A stretch of DNA of 53,767 nt from Myxococcota bacterium (GTDB lineage Bacteria > Myxococcota_A > UBA796 > SXON01), in NCBI GenBank assembly GCA_040386535.1, contig JAZKFH010000028.1, forward strand, positions 1 to 53,767. The letters are read 5' to 3'. A program made the translations under genes and the position numbers. The notes under the pieces were generated by a model. The model was given only the letters and a program-made list of their open reading frames with translations, was not told where the DNA came from and ran no database searches. Positions 1 to 8,815 of the stretch are shown here, one piece after another. Position 1 is the stretch's first letter, and each line of letters opens with the position of its first letter.

Positions 1-80
1 CGCGTGGCACCAATCGCGCGGGTCGTGTCCCGACTTCGGCGCCTTCAAGGCGGTGAAGATGCGATGTGATCAATGGTCAG

Positions 81-240
81 CCTGGCGCAGGTCCCCCCTT
101 GGATGGCCGATTGCAGCCACGTGATCGGCCACATCGGGGGGGACCTGGCGCAGGTCCCCCCTTGGATGGCCGATTGCAGCCACGTGATCGGCCACATCGG
201 GGGGGACCTGGCGCAGGTCCCCCCCTTGGATGGCCGATCG
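81..240. repeat. Tandem palindromic repeat, 63-bp period, ~2.5 copies (REP/BIME-like)
   Basis: CCTGGCGCAGG starts at 81, 144 and 207. Each unit folds as a nested hairpin ATCGGCCA..GGGGGGACCTG-GCG-CAGGTCCCCCC..TGGCCGAT (124-174), with identical linkers between units. Confidence 0.9.
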
Positions 241-561
241 CACCTGCGGAGACGCCCGCGCTGCCAAGGCGATGGTCGACACGTGGGTGCGCCGCATCGC
301 CAACGCCAACGACGTCCCGATGAACTCGCACCGGCGCCAACCCGGGGGCCCACTTTACGGCTCCCGAGCCGACACCCGCACGGCAACGCGCTCGATCCCC
401 CCGGCCCAGCGGGGCTGGAGGGGCGCCGCCTCGGGCGGCGCGTCGGCGGCTCGGCGCCGACCAAGCGAAGCGCGCCCGGAAGACACGCGGCGTCGCGCGT
501 CCTCGCGCGGCGCGGGCCCATCTCGATCGGGCCCCGGTCTCGATCGGATACGCTCGGCGCC

Positions 562-3195
562 ATGTCGCGAAGCGCTTCGACTCCCGAGAGCACCCCCCTG
601 CTGCGAATCGCGTTCGCGACCGTCGCTTCGGCGTGCATCGCCGCCTCCGTGTGGCACGCGCACTCGCTCGCGTACGCGCCCGACGGGCTCCCCACGTGGG
701 ACCCCGCCGGCTACCTGCTCGAGGCCGTGAAGATCCGCGCGAGCGTCGTCACCGGTGATGTGTTGGGCGTGCTCAAGGGCCTCACCAAGCCCGACCTGCA
801 CCCGCCGCTGCACTCCGGGATGCTCGCGGCGTGGCTGACCGTGGCCGGCAACACGATGGCCGCGGCGCGGCTGTACCCCGTGCTGTGCTTCGTCGCGTCG
901 CTGGGGCTGCTCGTGTGGACGGCGCACCGCGCGCTGCCTCGACGTGGGCTCGAAGTGGGGCTCGTCGCGGCGCTCTTGACCGCGCTGTCCAGCGGCAACC
1001 TCGAGCTGCTCTCCAGCCCGATGACCGAGTCGACGGGGCTGCTCACGCAGCTGCTCGCGCTCGGCCTCGCCGTGCACTGGGCGGAGCGTCGGGACGCACG
1101 CGTGCAGCTCGGCATCGGCGTGGCCGTGCTCGCCGCGACGCTCGTGCGCTTCAACATGGCGCCGATGCTGCTCGCGCCGCTGTACGTGCACCACGCGTGG
1201 CGTTTTCGCCGTGACCGCGACGCCCTGCTCGACCCGCGCGTGCTGCTCTGGGCGCTCCCGACGCTCGTGGGCTTCGCCCTGTGGCAATTGAGCCGGCCGG
1301 ACCTGTACGACTACGTGCAGAAGTTCTTCGAGAACCGCTCGTCCGGCCTGGCGTTCTGGAGCGTCGAGAGCCTGCTGTTCGTGCCGCTCGCGACGCACCG
1401 CGGCTACCTGCCCTGGCTCGGCGCAGCGTTGTTCGTGCCGTTCGTGATCGGGCTGGTGCCGTGGGTGTGGCGGAACGAGCGCGTTGACAACTCCGACGCG
1501 ACCAACTCGGGCGCGGGCCTCGGCCGCCTCCAGGCCTACGTCCTCATCGGGTTCGCCGCGCTCACGTGGCACGACTTCAAGATCGCCCGCAACCTCGCGA
1601 CGGTCCTGCCGGTTTTCTACCTGTGCGCGGTCGCGCCGTTCGCGACGTTGCGTTTTGCCCGGGCCCAGTTGGTCGGCTTCGCCGCGATGCTTGTGTTGGG
1701 CTGCGGCTACGGCGTGTGGCAGCACAAGGTGACGCTCGACGGCCTCGCGGCGCGCACCGATTTCCAGCCCGATCCCATCGCGTTCGAAGCGCTGCAGTTC
1801 ATCGAGAAGCACGCGCGTTTGCGCGAACAGGCATGGGTGACCGGCTGGGTGTTCCGCATCTCGCCCAACCTCATCGACTATTGGCTGCGGGTGAACGACG
1901 TGCCGGCCAAGCTCCGGCTCGACCAGCAGCTGTTCGGCACCCAGTCGCGCACGGGGGTCGAGGCGCCGTGGAGCGAGGAGTACGCCGCCTGGACCGCGGA
2001 CACCGTGCTCGCTCCGGGCCAGCGCGACCGCACCACGTACGTCACGATCGAAACGGTGCCCGGCACCCGCTACTTCGACCAGTGGAAGGCCTTCGGCAAC
2101 CACTACGCCCGCGCGTTCGCGGAGCAGACGTTGGTGCCCGAGGTCGACCGGCTCGAGCTCGTGGACGCGGGCCTGACCCTGCGCGTGTACCGCACGAACG
2201 ACACGCCCTCCGCCGCCACGCTGGCCGGCCGCGACACGGGCCCGACCCCCGAGGATGACGTGGGCGTCTCGCTCCCGGTGGGGGCGACTCCCCTCCTCCG
2301 CGAGACCTTCCACGCCAAGGCCCGCAAGTGGATGGCGTACCCGGCCGCCCTCGGCGAGGTCGAGCTGGTGCGCGAGGGGAGCGCCCTCGAGGTGCGCATC
2401 ACGACCGCGCAGAAGTCGCTCCAGGTGTGCAACGCGGTGCAGACGACGCCGGCCGCGCGCTTCACGGCGGTGGTGAACGCCACGACCGAGAAGCTCTCGG
2501 GCAAGGCCTTCCTGCATTTCCGTGGCATGGGCGCCGACGACCAGCTCCAGAAGTTGCCCGACGGCGCCTATGACATCACGCACGCGGGGCCGCTCGTGGC
2601 GGGCGCCAACGTCATTCAGAAGGCCGTCGTGCTCGGCCCCACCAGCCCCAAGCTGCGCGTCTGCCTGATGCTCGACGGCCTCACCGGCACCGTGCGGCTC
2701 GAAGACATCGCGCTCTACGGGGACGACGCCGTCATCGCCCTCACCGCCGCCTCGCTCGCCAGCGCCCCCGTGAACACGCCCGCGCCCACCGGCTGGCGCC
2801 TCTACCCCGCCGACGCCGACGCGGTCCTGCGCACCGCGGGGAGCACGCTGGAGGTGACCGTCAACACCGCGCGCCCGCAGCTCCAGGCGTGCGGCCCAAC
2901 AGTGCCATGGGCGCCGCCCATGTCCGCCACCGTACGCGCCCACGGAAATGTGACAGTGGGCAAGGCCTGGGTGCACCTGCGCGCCCTCGACGCGGACGCC
3001 GTGCTGCTCCAGGACACCGACGGCCGCGGCCGCATCGAGCACATCGGGCCGCTCGCGGGCCCGAACACGAAGGTAGACGAGACGCGCGCGCTCCCCTTCC
3101 CCGAGACCACGGCGCTGGTGCGGCCGTGTGTGGTGCTCGACGGGGTGGTGGGGACGGTGACGGTGGATGGGGTGGCGATCGGGGCGGGGGCGTAG
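562..3195 (+). CDS. Polytopic membrane glycosyltransferase (GT-C/ArnT-PMT-like) with two C-terminal beta-sandwich repeats
   Basis: ATG 562 is the likely start (the upstream part of ORF 73..3195 runs through repeat DNA). N-terminal TM then WDPAGY, HPPLH and MTES motifs, many TM helices, and two homologous ~130-aa repeats (W..YPA..LEV...QxC...GKAxxHxR...HxGPL...CxxLDG..GTV). Confidence 0.7.
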   Translation: MSRSASTPESTPLLRIAFATVASACIAASVWHAHSLAYAPDGLPTWDPAGYLLEAVKIRASVVTGDVLGVLKGLTKPDLHPPLHSGMLAAWLTVAGNTMAAARLYPVLCFVASLGLLVWTAHRALPRRGLEVGLVAALLTALSSGNLELLSSPMTESTGLLTQLLALGLAVHWAERRDARVQLGIGVAVLAATLVRFNMAPMLLAPLYVHHAWRFRRDRDALLDPRVLLWALPTLVGFALWQLSRPDLYDYVQKFFENRSSGLAFWSVESLLFVPLATHRGYLPWLGAALFVPFVIGLVPWVWRNERVDNSDATNSGAGLGRLQAYVLIGFAALTWHDFKIARNLATVLPVFYLCAVAPFATLRFARAQLVGFAAMLVLGCGYGVWQHKVTLDGLAARTDFQPDPIAFEALQFIEKHARLREQAWVTGWVFRISPNLIDYWLRVNDVPAKLRLDQQLFGTQSRTGVEAPWSEEYAAWTADTVLAPGQRDRTTYVTIETVPGTRYFDQWKAFGNHYARAFAEQTLVPEVDRLELVDAGLTLRVYRTNDTPSAATLAGRDTGPTPEDDVGVSLPVGATPLLRETFHAKARKWMAYPAALGEVELVREGSALEVRITTAQKSLQVCNAVQTTPAARFTAVVNATTEKLSGKAFLHFRGMGADDQLQKLPDGAYDITHAGPLVAGANVIQKAVVLGPTSPKLRVCLMLDGLTGTVRLEDIALYGDDAVIALTAASLASAPVNTPAPTGWRLYPADADAVLRTAGSTLEVTVNTARPQLQACGPTVPWAPPMSATVRAHGNVTVGKAWVHLRALDADAVLLQDTDGRGRIEHIGPLAGPNTKVDETRALPFPETTALVRPCVVLDGVVGTVTVDGVAIGAGA

Positions 3196-3213
3196 GGGCG
3201 GTCGTCGGTTCGC

Positions 3214-3576
3214 TCAGCTGATCCGGCACGCCGCGCCGTGGCGCTCGGCGTTCTCGCGCAGGCCGGCGTCGGTCGTGAGGATGGTGGCGCTGGCGTCGAG
3301 CGCGGACACGAGCAGGTTCACGTCGACCCAACCGATGCCCTTGGGGTGGTGCCGCCGGATGAAGCGCATCACCTCCGGGTAGGGCGTGATGGCGAGCGCG
3401 GGCTGCTCGATGACCATCTCGAGGCGCGCGGGCGCGAGGCCGCCGAGCATCAGCTCCGCGACGACCCACGGATGGGTCACGACCTCGCCGTCGGTCACCA
3501 AGCGGGCGAACGCCGGATCCGGCACCCGCGTGTGGATCGCCCACCTTCGCCAGGCGCACGTGTCGACGAGGATCAC
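3214..3576 (-). CDS. vapC: VapC PIN-domain toxin
   Basis: MILVDT N-terminus, VVAEL, GWVDVNL and ILTTD acidic PIN residues; 120 aa; GTGA overlap with the upstream antitoxin. Confidence 0.88.
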   Translation of the reverse strand: MILVDTCAWRRWAIHTRVPDPAFARLVTDGEVVTHPWVVAELMLGGLAPARLEMVIEQPALAITPYPEVMRFIRRHHPKGIGWVDVNLLVSALDASATILTTDAGLRENAERHGAACRIS

Positions 3577-3761
3577 GGCTTCCGCCGCGGCGGCTCGACG
3601 AAGTCGGGCTGGTAGAGGGCTCCCTCCACGATGCGCCGACGCGCCTCCTGCCGGGCGAAAGCGCGCAACGCCTCCGCGACCAACGCGGTCTTGTTGAGGT
3701 GAGGCGCGTACTCCTGGGCGCGAGCCAGCGCCTCGTCGTCGATGTCGATGGTGGTGCGCAT
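3573..3761 (-). CDS. vapB: VapB antitoxin (ribbon-helix-helix type)
   Basis: MRTTIDIDDEALARAQE...KTALVAEAL, 62 aa, directly upstream of and overlapping the PIN gene. Confidence 0.88.
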   Translation of the reverse strand: MRTTIDIDDEALARAQEYAPHLNKTALVAEALRAFARQEARRRIVEGALYQPDFVEPPRRKP

Positions 3762-3856
3762 GATGCATCCTCGGAAGCATCTTATATGCACGCCCGAGAG
3801 AACACCACGCGGCCGCGGCTGATCGCACGCCGCCGCCGCGGCTCCACGAATTCGGG

Positions 3857-5215
3857 CTACTTCCCCGTGTACCCCAACGCCTCGAGCTGCTGCACCGTCT
3901 CGGCGTGCTCCTCGGCAGAGAGGGTGAGCCCCTCGCCGGTGTTCGTCCCCTTCGGCACCTGCTCGCGCCACTTCGCCGAGTCCTGGATGAGCGTCGCGAT
4001 GCGGGGCAGGATCGGGTCCTTGATCTGCGTGAGCTCGCGCGGATCGTTGACCAGGTCGTAGGCGTACATGAACTTGTCCTTCGTGCGGTCCTCGACGGTC
4101 TTGAAGCCGCCACGGGTGAACGCGGCGAGGGCTTCCCGCTCGGTGCCGACGATGGGCTGCTCGCCCGTGAACAACGACTGGCCCTGCCACACGTCGGGCA
4201 CGTGCACCCCGGCGAGCTCCAGGAGGGTTGGCGCGGCGTCGATGAGGCGTCCGATACGTTTTGCCTCGCGACGTGGCGCGAGGCCCGGCGCCTTGATGAA
4301 CAGGGGGACGGTCACGACCTCCTGCCACACGTACATGTTGTGCCCGACGTGGTTGTGCTCGCCGAGCATCTCGCCGTGGTCGGACCAGAACGCGACGATC
4401 GTGTCGTCCGCGCCGGCCGCGTCGAGCGCCGCGAGGATCTGCCCCACCTCCTGATCGCCCTGCCACACGGTCGCATGGTAGGCGTCGAGCAGCTCCTGCT
4501 TGCGCGCCTCCTTGAGCTCGGGGGGCGCATTCACGATGTGGTCGTAGCCGAGGCCCTTCTTGGGCTCGTACGTCACGGACACGCCGACGGCGGCTTGCGC
4601 CTCGGGCGTCGGGAGCAGCGCGACGTGGGGCGCCATGAGGTGGACGTAGAGGAAGTTGGGCTTCGCGTCGCTCTTCCACGCGCCGATGCTCGCGACGGCG
4701 TCGCGCACGGTCGCGGCCTCGGGCGCGAGCTGCCACGTGTCGAAACCACGGCCGAAGCCGAGCTCGGCCTTGAGATGCATGTTCGCGTAGCGGCCCTCGG
4801 TCGCGTAGCCGGCGGCGGAGAACGCCTCGGGGAGCGTGGGGATCTTGGCGTCGAGCTTCTTGTAGGTGTCGAGCTGCCCCATCTTGTAGTCCCAACCGTG
4901 CGTGCGCGCCCACGACGAGGTCATGTAGGACACGAACGACGGGAGGGTCCACGTGTATTGGGTCCACGCGGTCTCGAACACGACGCTCTGTTGCGCGAGC
5001 TTGTCGAGGTTCGGCGAGGTGGGGCGCTTCTGCCCGTAGGTGCCGAGCGCGTCCGCGCGCAGCGTGTCCATCACGATGACGAGGACGTTCGGCGGCGTGG
5101 TGGGTGCCGGCGGGACGACCGGCGCGGCGGGGGGCTCCGTGCCGCCACAGCCGGCTGCGCCGAGCAGCGCGAGGGTTCCGACGAGGGCGAGGCCGATGAG
5201 TACGCGGTGTTTCAC
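3857..5215 (-). CDS. Sulfatase/alkaline-phosphatase superfamily lipoprotein
   Basis: Signal peptide ending AAGC; PNVLVIVMDTLRAD, WTLPSF, HLMAPH, WSDHGE, YDLVNDPRE, LEALGY. GTG start inferred. Confidence 0.85.
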   Translation of the reverse strand: MKHRVLIGLALVGTLALLGAAGCGGTEPPAAPVVPPAPTTPPNVLVIVMDTLRADALGTYGQKRPTSPNLDKLAQQSVVFETAWTQYTWTLPSFVSYMTSSWARTHGWDYKMGQLDTYKKLDAKIPTLPEAFSAAGYATEGRYANMHLKAELGFGRGFDTWQLAPEAATVRDAVASIGAWKSDAKPNFLYVHLMAPHVALLPTPEAQAAVGVSVTYEPKKGLGYDHIVNAPPELKEARKQELLDAYHATVWQGDQEVGQILAALDAAGADDTIVAFWSDHGEMLGEHNHVGHNMYVWQEVVTVPLFIKAPGLAPRREAKRIGRLIDAAPTLLELAGVHVPDVWQGQSLFTGEQPIVGTEREALAAFTRGGFKTVEDRTKDKFMYAYDLVNDPRELTQIKDPILPRIATLIQDSAKWREQVPKGTNTGEGLTLSAEEHAETVQQLEALGYTGK

Positions 5216-5279
5216 GGGCGTGACTTTAGGTGACGCCGCCCCGCACCGCAAGCGCGACCCCTCGGGGGTGCTCGGCAGG

Positions 5280-5693
5280 TCACGCCCCGGGGGGTTCGTC
5301 AGGGCCCGGCATCGTGAGGATGGCGGCCAACAACCCGAGGAGCCCCGCGATGAGCGACGTGGGCGCGCAGTACACGGTCACCACGGGCAGCAGCGACGCG
5401 ATGGTGGCCGCCCAAAGGAGCTTGCGGTTGCGCCGCCCGAGCAGGATCGACGCGCCCGCGACGAGGTGCAGGGGCCCCGCAATCGTCGTGACGCCGAGCC
5501 AGAGCCCGTAGAACAGGAAGATGACCGGCCCCACCACGGCCTCCTCGTTGCGCAGCTCGCCCGCGAGGGTGCCGATCGTCATCGCGCCGCCGAGCAGCGT
5601 GCCGAGCACGGACAACGCGAGGAACATCACCTCCAACACGCCCGCGATGACGAAGGCGACGCCGGCCGGGACCCACAACTTCACTTCTGGCAC
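5280..5693 (-). CDS. Small integral membrane protein (3-4 TM)
   Basis: 137-aa hydrophobic ORF with strong GC3 bias. Confidence 0.75.
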   Translation of the reverse strand: MPEVKLWVPAGVAFVIAGVLEVMFLALSVLGTLLGGAMTIGTLAGELRNEEAVVGPVIFLFYGLWLGVTTIAGPLHLVAGASILLGRRNRKLLWAATIASLLPVVTVYCAPTSLIAGLLGLLAAILTMPGPDEPPGA

Positions 5694-5749
5694 TCTTTCG
5701 GCATCACGAACTCCGCCTTCGGGGGGCGCATCGGACTAACAGACTGACC

Positions 5750-6763
5750 GTGATCAAGTACCTCGGCAGCAAGCGACTCCTCGTCCCCACCATCCGCCGC
5801 GTGGTCGAGGCGCTCGCGCCCCGCGGAACGGTCATCGACCTGTTCTCGGGCACCTCGCGCGTCGGGCACGCGCTCAAGGGCGCCGGCTACCGCGTGCTCG
5901 CCAACGACCACAACGCCTACGCCCACGCCCTCGGCACCTGCTACGTCGCCGCCGATCTCGAACGCCACGGCGCTGACGCCGCCCGCCTCGTCGCCGAATT
6001 CGACGCTCTCCCCGGCGCTCCCGGCTACTTCACCGCCACGTTCTGCGAGCAGAGCCGGTTCCTGCACCCGAAAAACGGCGCGCGAGTGGACGCGATCCGC
6101 GACGCCATCGCCCGCAAGGACCTCCCCCCGGAGCTCGAAGCCGTGCTGATCGTGGCGCTCATGGAGGCCGCCGACCGCGTGGACTCCACCACCGGCGTAC
6201 AGATGGCGTACCTGAAGGGCTGGGCCCCGCGCGCCCACAACGACCTGTCCCTGCGCGTGCCCGCCCTGCTCCCCCGCGCCGCCGCAGGCCCCGGCGAGGC
6301 GTGGCAACTGGACGCCCTGGACGCGGTGACACGGTTGGAGGGCGACATCTGTTACATCGACCCGCCCTACAACCAACACAAGTACATCGGCAACTACCAC
6401 GTCTGGGAGACCCTGACGTTGTGGGACGCCCCCGAGGTGTACGGCGTGGCGTGCAAACGTGTGGACGTAAAGGCACGTGGCAGCGCCTTCAACTCCAAAC
6501 CAAACGCACGCGCGGCGCTGGAGCAGGTCATCCGCGGCGCCCGGGCCCGCCACCTCGTCGTGTCGTTCAGCGACGAGGGGTATCTGTCACGCGCCGACAT
6601 CGAGGCGATGCTCGCGCACCGCGGCGAGGTGACCGTGCTCACCCACGACTACAAGCGCTACGTCGGCGCCCAGATCGGCATCCACAACCCGCAGGGGCAG
6701 CGGGTCGGCGCGGTGAGTCATCTGCGCAACTCGGAGCTGTTGTATGTGGTAAGCGGCGACTGA
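5750..6763 (+). CDS. DNA N6-adenine methyltransferase (D12/alpha class), orphan
   Basis: MIKYLGSK, motif I DLFSGTSRVG, motif IV DPPY; no restriction endonuclease adjacent. Confidence 0.9.
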   Translation: MIKYLGSKRLLVPTIRRVVEALAPRGTVIDLFSGTSRVGHALKGAGYRVLANDHNAYAHALGTCYVAADLERHGADAARLVAEFDALPGAPGYFTATFCEQSRFLHPKNGARVDAIRDAIARKDLPPELEAVLIVALMEAADRVDSTTGVQMAYLKGWAPRAHNDLSLRVPALLPRAAAGPGEAWQLDALDAVTRLEGDICYIDPPYNQHKYIGNYHVWETLTLWDAPEVYGVACKRVDVKARGSAFNSKPNARAALEQVIRGARARHLVVSFSDEGYLSRADIEAMLAHRGEVTVLTHDYKRYVGAQIGIHNPQGQRVGAVSHLRNSELLYVVSGD

Positions 6764-6779
6764 GGCTCGAGTTGGGAGT

Positions 6780-6834
6780 GCCCGCGGTGCCCGGCGCCGC
6801 CCTCCCCGAGCAGAGGGCGGCGCCGACCGCGGGC
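6780..6834. repeat. Dispersed hairpin repeat (family D), copy 1
   Basis: GCCCGCGGT-GCC-CGGCGCCGCCCTC...GAGGGCGGCGCCG-ACCGCGGGC, just after the methyltransferase stop; core shared with 23045-23102 and 32753-32818. Confidence 0.6.
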
Positions 6835-6920
6835 GTGTCGTGCGCGGGCGTGCGGGTCGCGGCGGTGGGAGCGCGAGGCCTCTGGAGGGCGCGGCGGGCG
6901 CGCTGGCGCGGCGGGCCGGA

Positions 6921-7089
6921 GGCGCGCGAGGCCTCCGGAGGGCGCCGCGGGCGCGCGGTCGTGGCGGGCCGGAGGCCGCCCGATCGCCCACCGCCCGCGG
7001 CGGTCCGGCCGGCCGGGCCGGCCGACGGAGCGCGGAGCGCGACCCCGCAGGAGGCCGGCCCCAGGGCGTCCGCGCCCTGGGGTCGCGCC
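6921..7089. repeat. 169-bp element A, copy 1
   Basis: Direct repeat of 8559-8727 with about 4 mismatches by eye; ends in hairpin CCCCAGGGCG-TCCG-CGCCCTGGGG. Confidence 0.9.
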
Positions 7090-7134
7090 GAGAAGGCTCT
7101 CGTGGAGGCCTGGCGGCGTCGAGGGTGCCTCGCC

Positions 7135-7307
7135 GCGTCATCTTGGGCCCCAGATACTTTATCTCCCCCCCAGGATGACGCGTCAAACGGCGGTTTCGCG
7201 TCATCTCGGGGCCCAGATACCCGTATCTACCCCCCAGGATGACGCTCACGAGCCCAAACGGCGTCATGTAGGGCCTCAGATAGTTTATCTACCCCCCAAG
7301 ATGACGC
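7135..7307. repeat. Palindrome array B, left copy: 3 x 47-48-bp nested hairpins, 63-bp period
   Basis: GCGTCAT starts at 7135, 7198 and 7261; each unit reads GCGTCATC.NGGG...AGATA..TATCT..CCCCCAGGATGACGC. Confidence 0.92.
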
Positions 7308-8128
7308 GCATCGGGGCCGGTGGGGCCACGGGCCGGCGCTCCGCGAAGGGGCGCCGCCGGTGGAGGCGCGCGATCCGCGTCCAGCGCGTCGGCGAGCGAC
7401 AGTTGCAGCCGGACGGCGCGCACGTGAGCGGGCGGCGGCTTCAGCAGGCGGGCGCGCTGGATGGACCGCGGCGAGACGCCGAGCGCCTCGACGAGCTGGG
7501 TGGTGGGCGCGTCCGGGAGAACGGCGATGGCGGCGGCGCGGGCGTGGAGCACGTCGTGGGACGAGCCGGCGAGATCCGGCAAGGCGAACGCCGCGGTCGC
7601 GGCCTCGACGAGCGCGTCCCCAGGGGCGCCGACGCCCTCCTCCAGCGTCGCCAAGCCGAGGTGTACGAGCAAGTCCTCGCGCGTCACCCGCGGCAGGTAC
7701 TCACGCACCCGCAACGCGATGTCGCGCCCGCCGATCCGGAGGCCGAGCAGATCAGGGAGCACGCTCCCGTCGTGCCGCGGGTCGTGCGCCACGCCATGCC
7801 GCGCGTTCTGTCGCAGGACGTAGTCGAATGCGTTGCGCAGGTGCGCCGCGTCGGTGAACGGCCGGCACCGACAGGGCTCGAAGGGCGCGCCGGGCGTGAT
7901 CACCGCCTGGATCGCGATGGCGAGCCGCCGCGCAAACTCGCCCGCCGCCGCGCGGTCACACAAGAGCAGCACGTGGAGGTGCGAGTCCACCACCCGGAAC
8001 GCGAGCAACCCACACGCCGCCCCGTGATACCGCACGAGGCGCGCGATGCGACGCCGCGCGGCCGCGGAGGGCGCGATCACGCGATCGTCCGAGAGTCGCA
8101 TCGTGACGTGGAAACCAATCGGTGTCAT
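7289..8128 (-). CDS. RAYT/TnpA-REP-like Y1 HUH tyrosine transposase with C-terminal HTH (DnaA-C-like)
   Basis: MTPIGFHVTMR (RAYT-type HxTxR), HUH motif DSHLHVLL, catalytic Tyr in FDYVLRQN; C-terminal LPDLAGSSHDVLHARAAAIAVL..TTQLVEALGVSPRSIQRA. 279 aa from ATG 8128; the stop lies inside array B. Confidence 0.75.
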   Translation of the reverse strand: MTPIGFHVTMRLSDDRVIAPSAAARRRIARLVRYHGAACGLLAFRVVDSHLHVLLLCDRAAAGEFARRLAIAIQAVITPGAPFEPCRCRPFTDAAHLRNAFDYVLRQNARHGVAHDPRHDGSVLPDLLGLRIGGRDIALRVREYLPRVTREDLLVHLGLATLEEGVGAPGDALVEAATAAFALPDLAGSSHDVLHARAAAIAVLPDAPTTQLVEALGVSPRSIQRARLLKPPPAHVRAVRLQLSLADALDADRAPPPAAPLRGAPARGPTGPDARHLGG

Positions 8129-8322
8129 GGCCGCGCCTGGGTAGACACGGGCTTCGCAGCCGGCAAGAGCCCGCTCCAAACGAGGTCCAAAACCCGCGGG
8201 CCCCGTGCCGCGCCGACGGCCTTCAGCCGGACGTCGCCGGGAGCGCGGCGTCACCGCTCGCCGCGCCCTGGGCTCGCGCCCAGAAGGCTCTCCTGAACTA
8301 CTGGCGCTGGCAACCGCCGCCC

Positions 8323-8495
8323 GCGTCATCTCGGGCCCCAGATACTTTATCTACCCCCCAGGATGACGCCTCAAACGGTGGTTTCGCGTCATCTGGGGGC
8401 CCAGATGCCCGTATCTGCCCCCCAGGATGACGCCCGCGAGGCCAAACGGGGTCATCTTGGCCCCCAGATACTCTATCTACCCCCCAAGATGACGC
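8323..8495. repeat. Palindrome array B, right copy: 3 nested hairpins, 63-bp period
   Basis: Units at 8323, 8386 and 8449; same orientation and same linker order as the left array. Confidence 0.92.
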
Positions 8496-8558
8496 GCATC
8501 GGGCGGCGCCGCGGGTGGAGGCCACCCGATCGCCCACCGCCGGCGCCAACTCTCCGCC

Positions 8559-8727
8559 GGCGCGCGAGGCCTCCGGAGGGCGCCGCGGGCGCGCTGTCGT
8601 GGCGGGCCGGAGGCCATCCGACCGCCCACCGCCCGCGGCGGTCCGGCCGGCCGGGCCGGCCGACGGAGCGCGGAGCGCGACCCCGCAGGAGGCCGGCCCC
8701 AGGGCGTCCGCGCCCTGGGGTCGCGCC
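8559..8727. repeat. 169-bp element A, copy 2
   Basis: Direct repeat of 6921-7089. Confidence 0.9.
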
Positions 8728-8815
8728 CAGAGGATGCACGCCATGCCGCCGCCGACTTCACACTTCTTCACCCCCGCCCCCGAGCCCCCTTCACAAGCCC
8801 CAGGTAGAAGTGCGC

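Larger units (their letters stand above)
6921..8727. mobile_element. REPtron-like locus: element A + palindrome array B + RAYT-like gene + array B + element A
   Basis: Y1 HUH gene enclosed by directly repeated palindrome arrays (offset 1188 bp) and by 169-bp direct repeats (offset 1638 bp). Mobility itself is inferred. Confidence 0.65.

Noticed and set aside
73..561. N-terminal extension of ORF 73..3195
   Set aside because: It runs through the tandem repeat and Arg/Pro-rich non-coding-like sequence; ATG 562 precedes the first TM.
3214..3761. vapBC as a novel system
   Set aside because: Ordinary type II toxin-antitoxin pair.
7135..8495. Array B as a CRISPR or guide array
   Set aside because: Linkers are only 15-16 bp and are repeated between the two arrays instead of being unique; no cas genes in the window.
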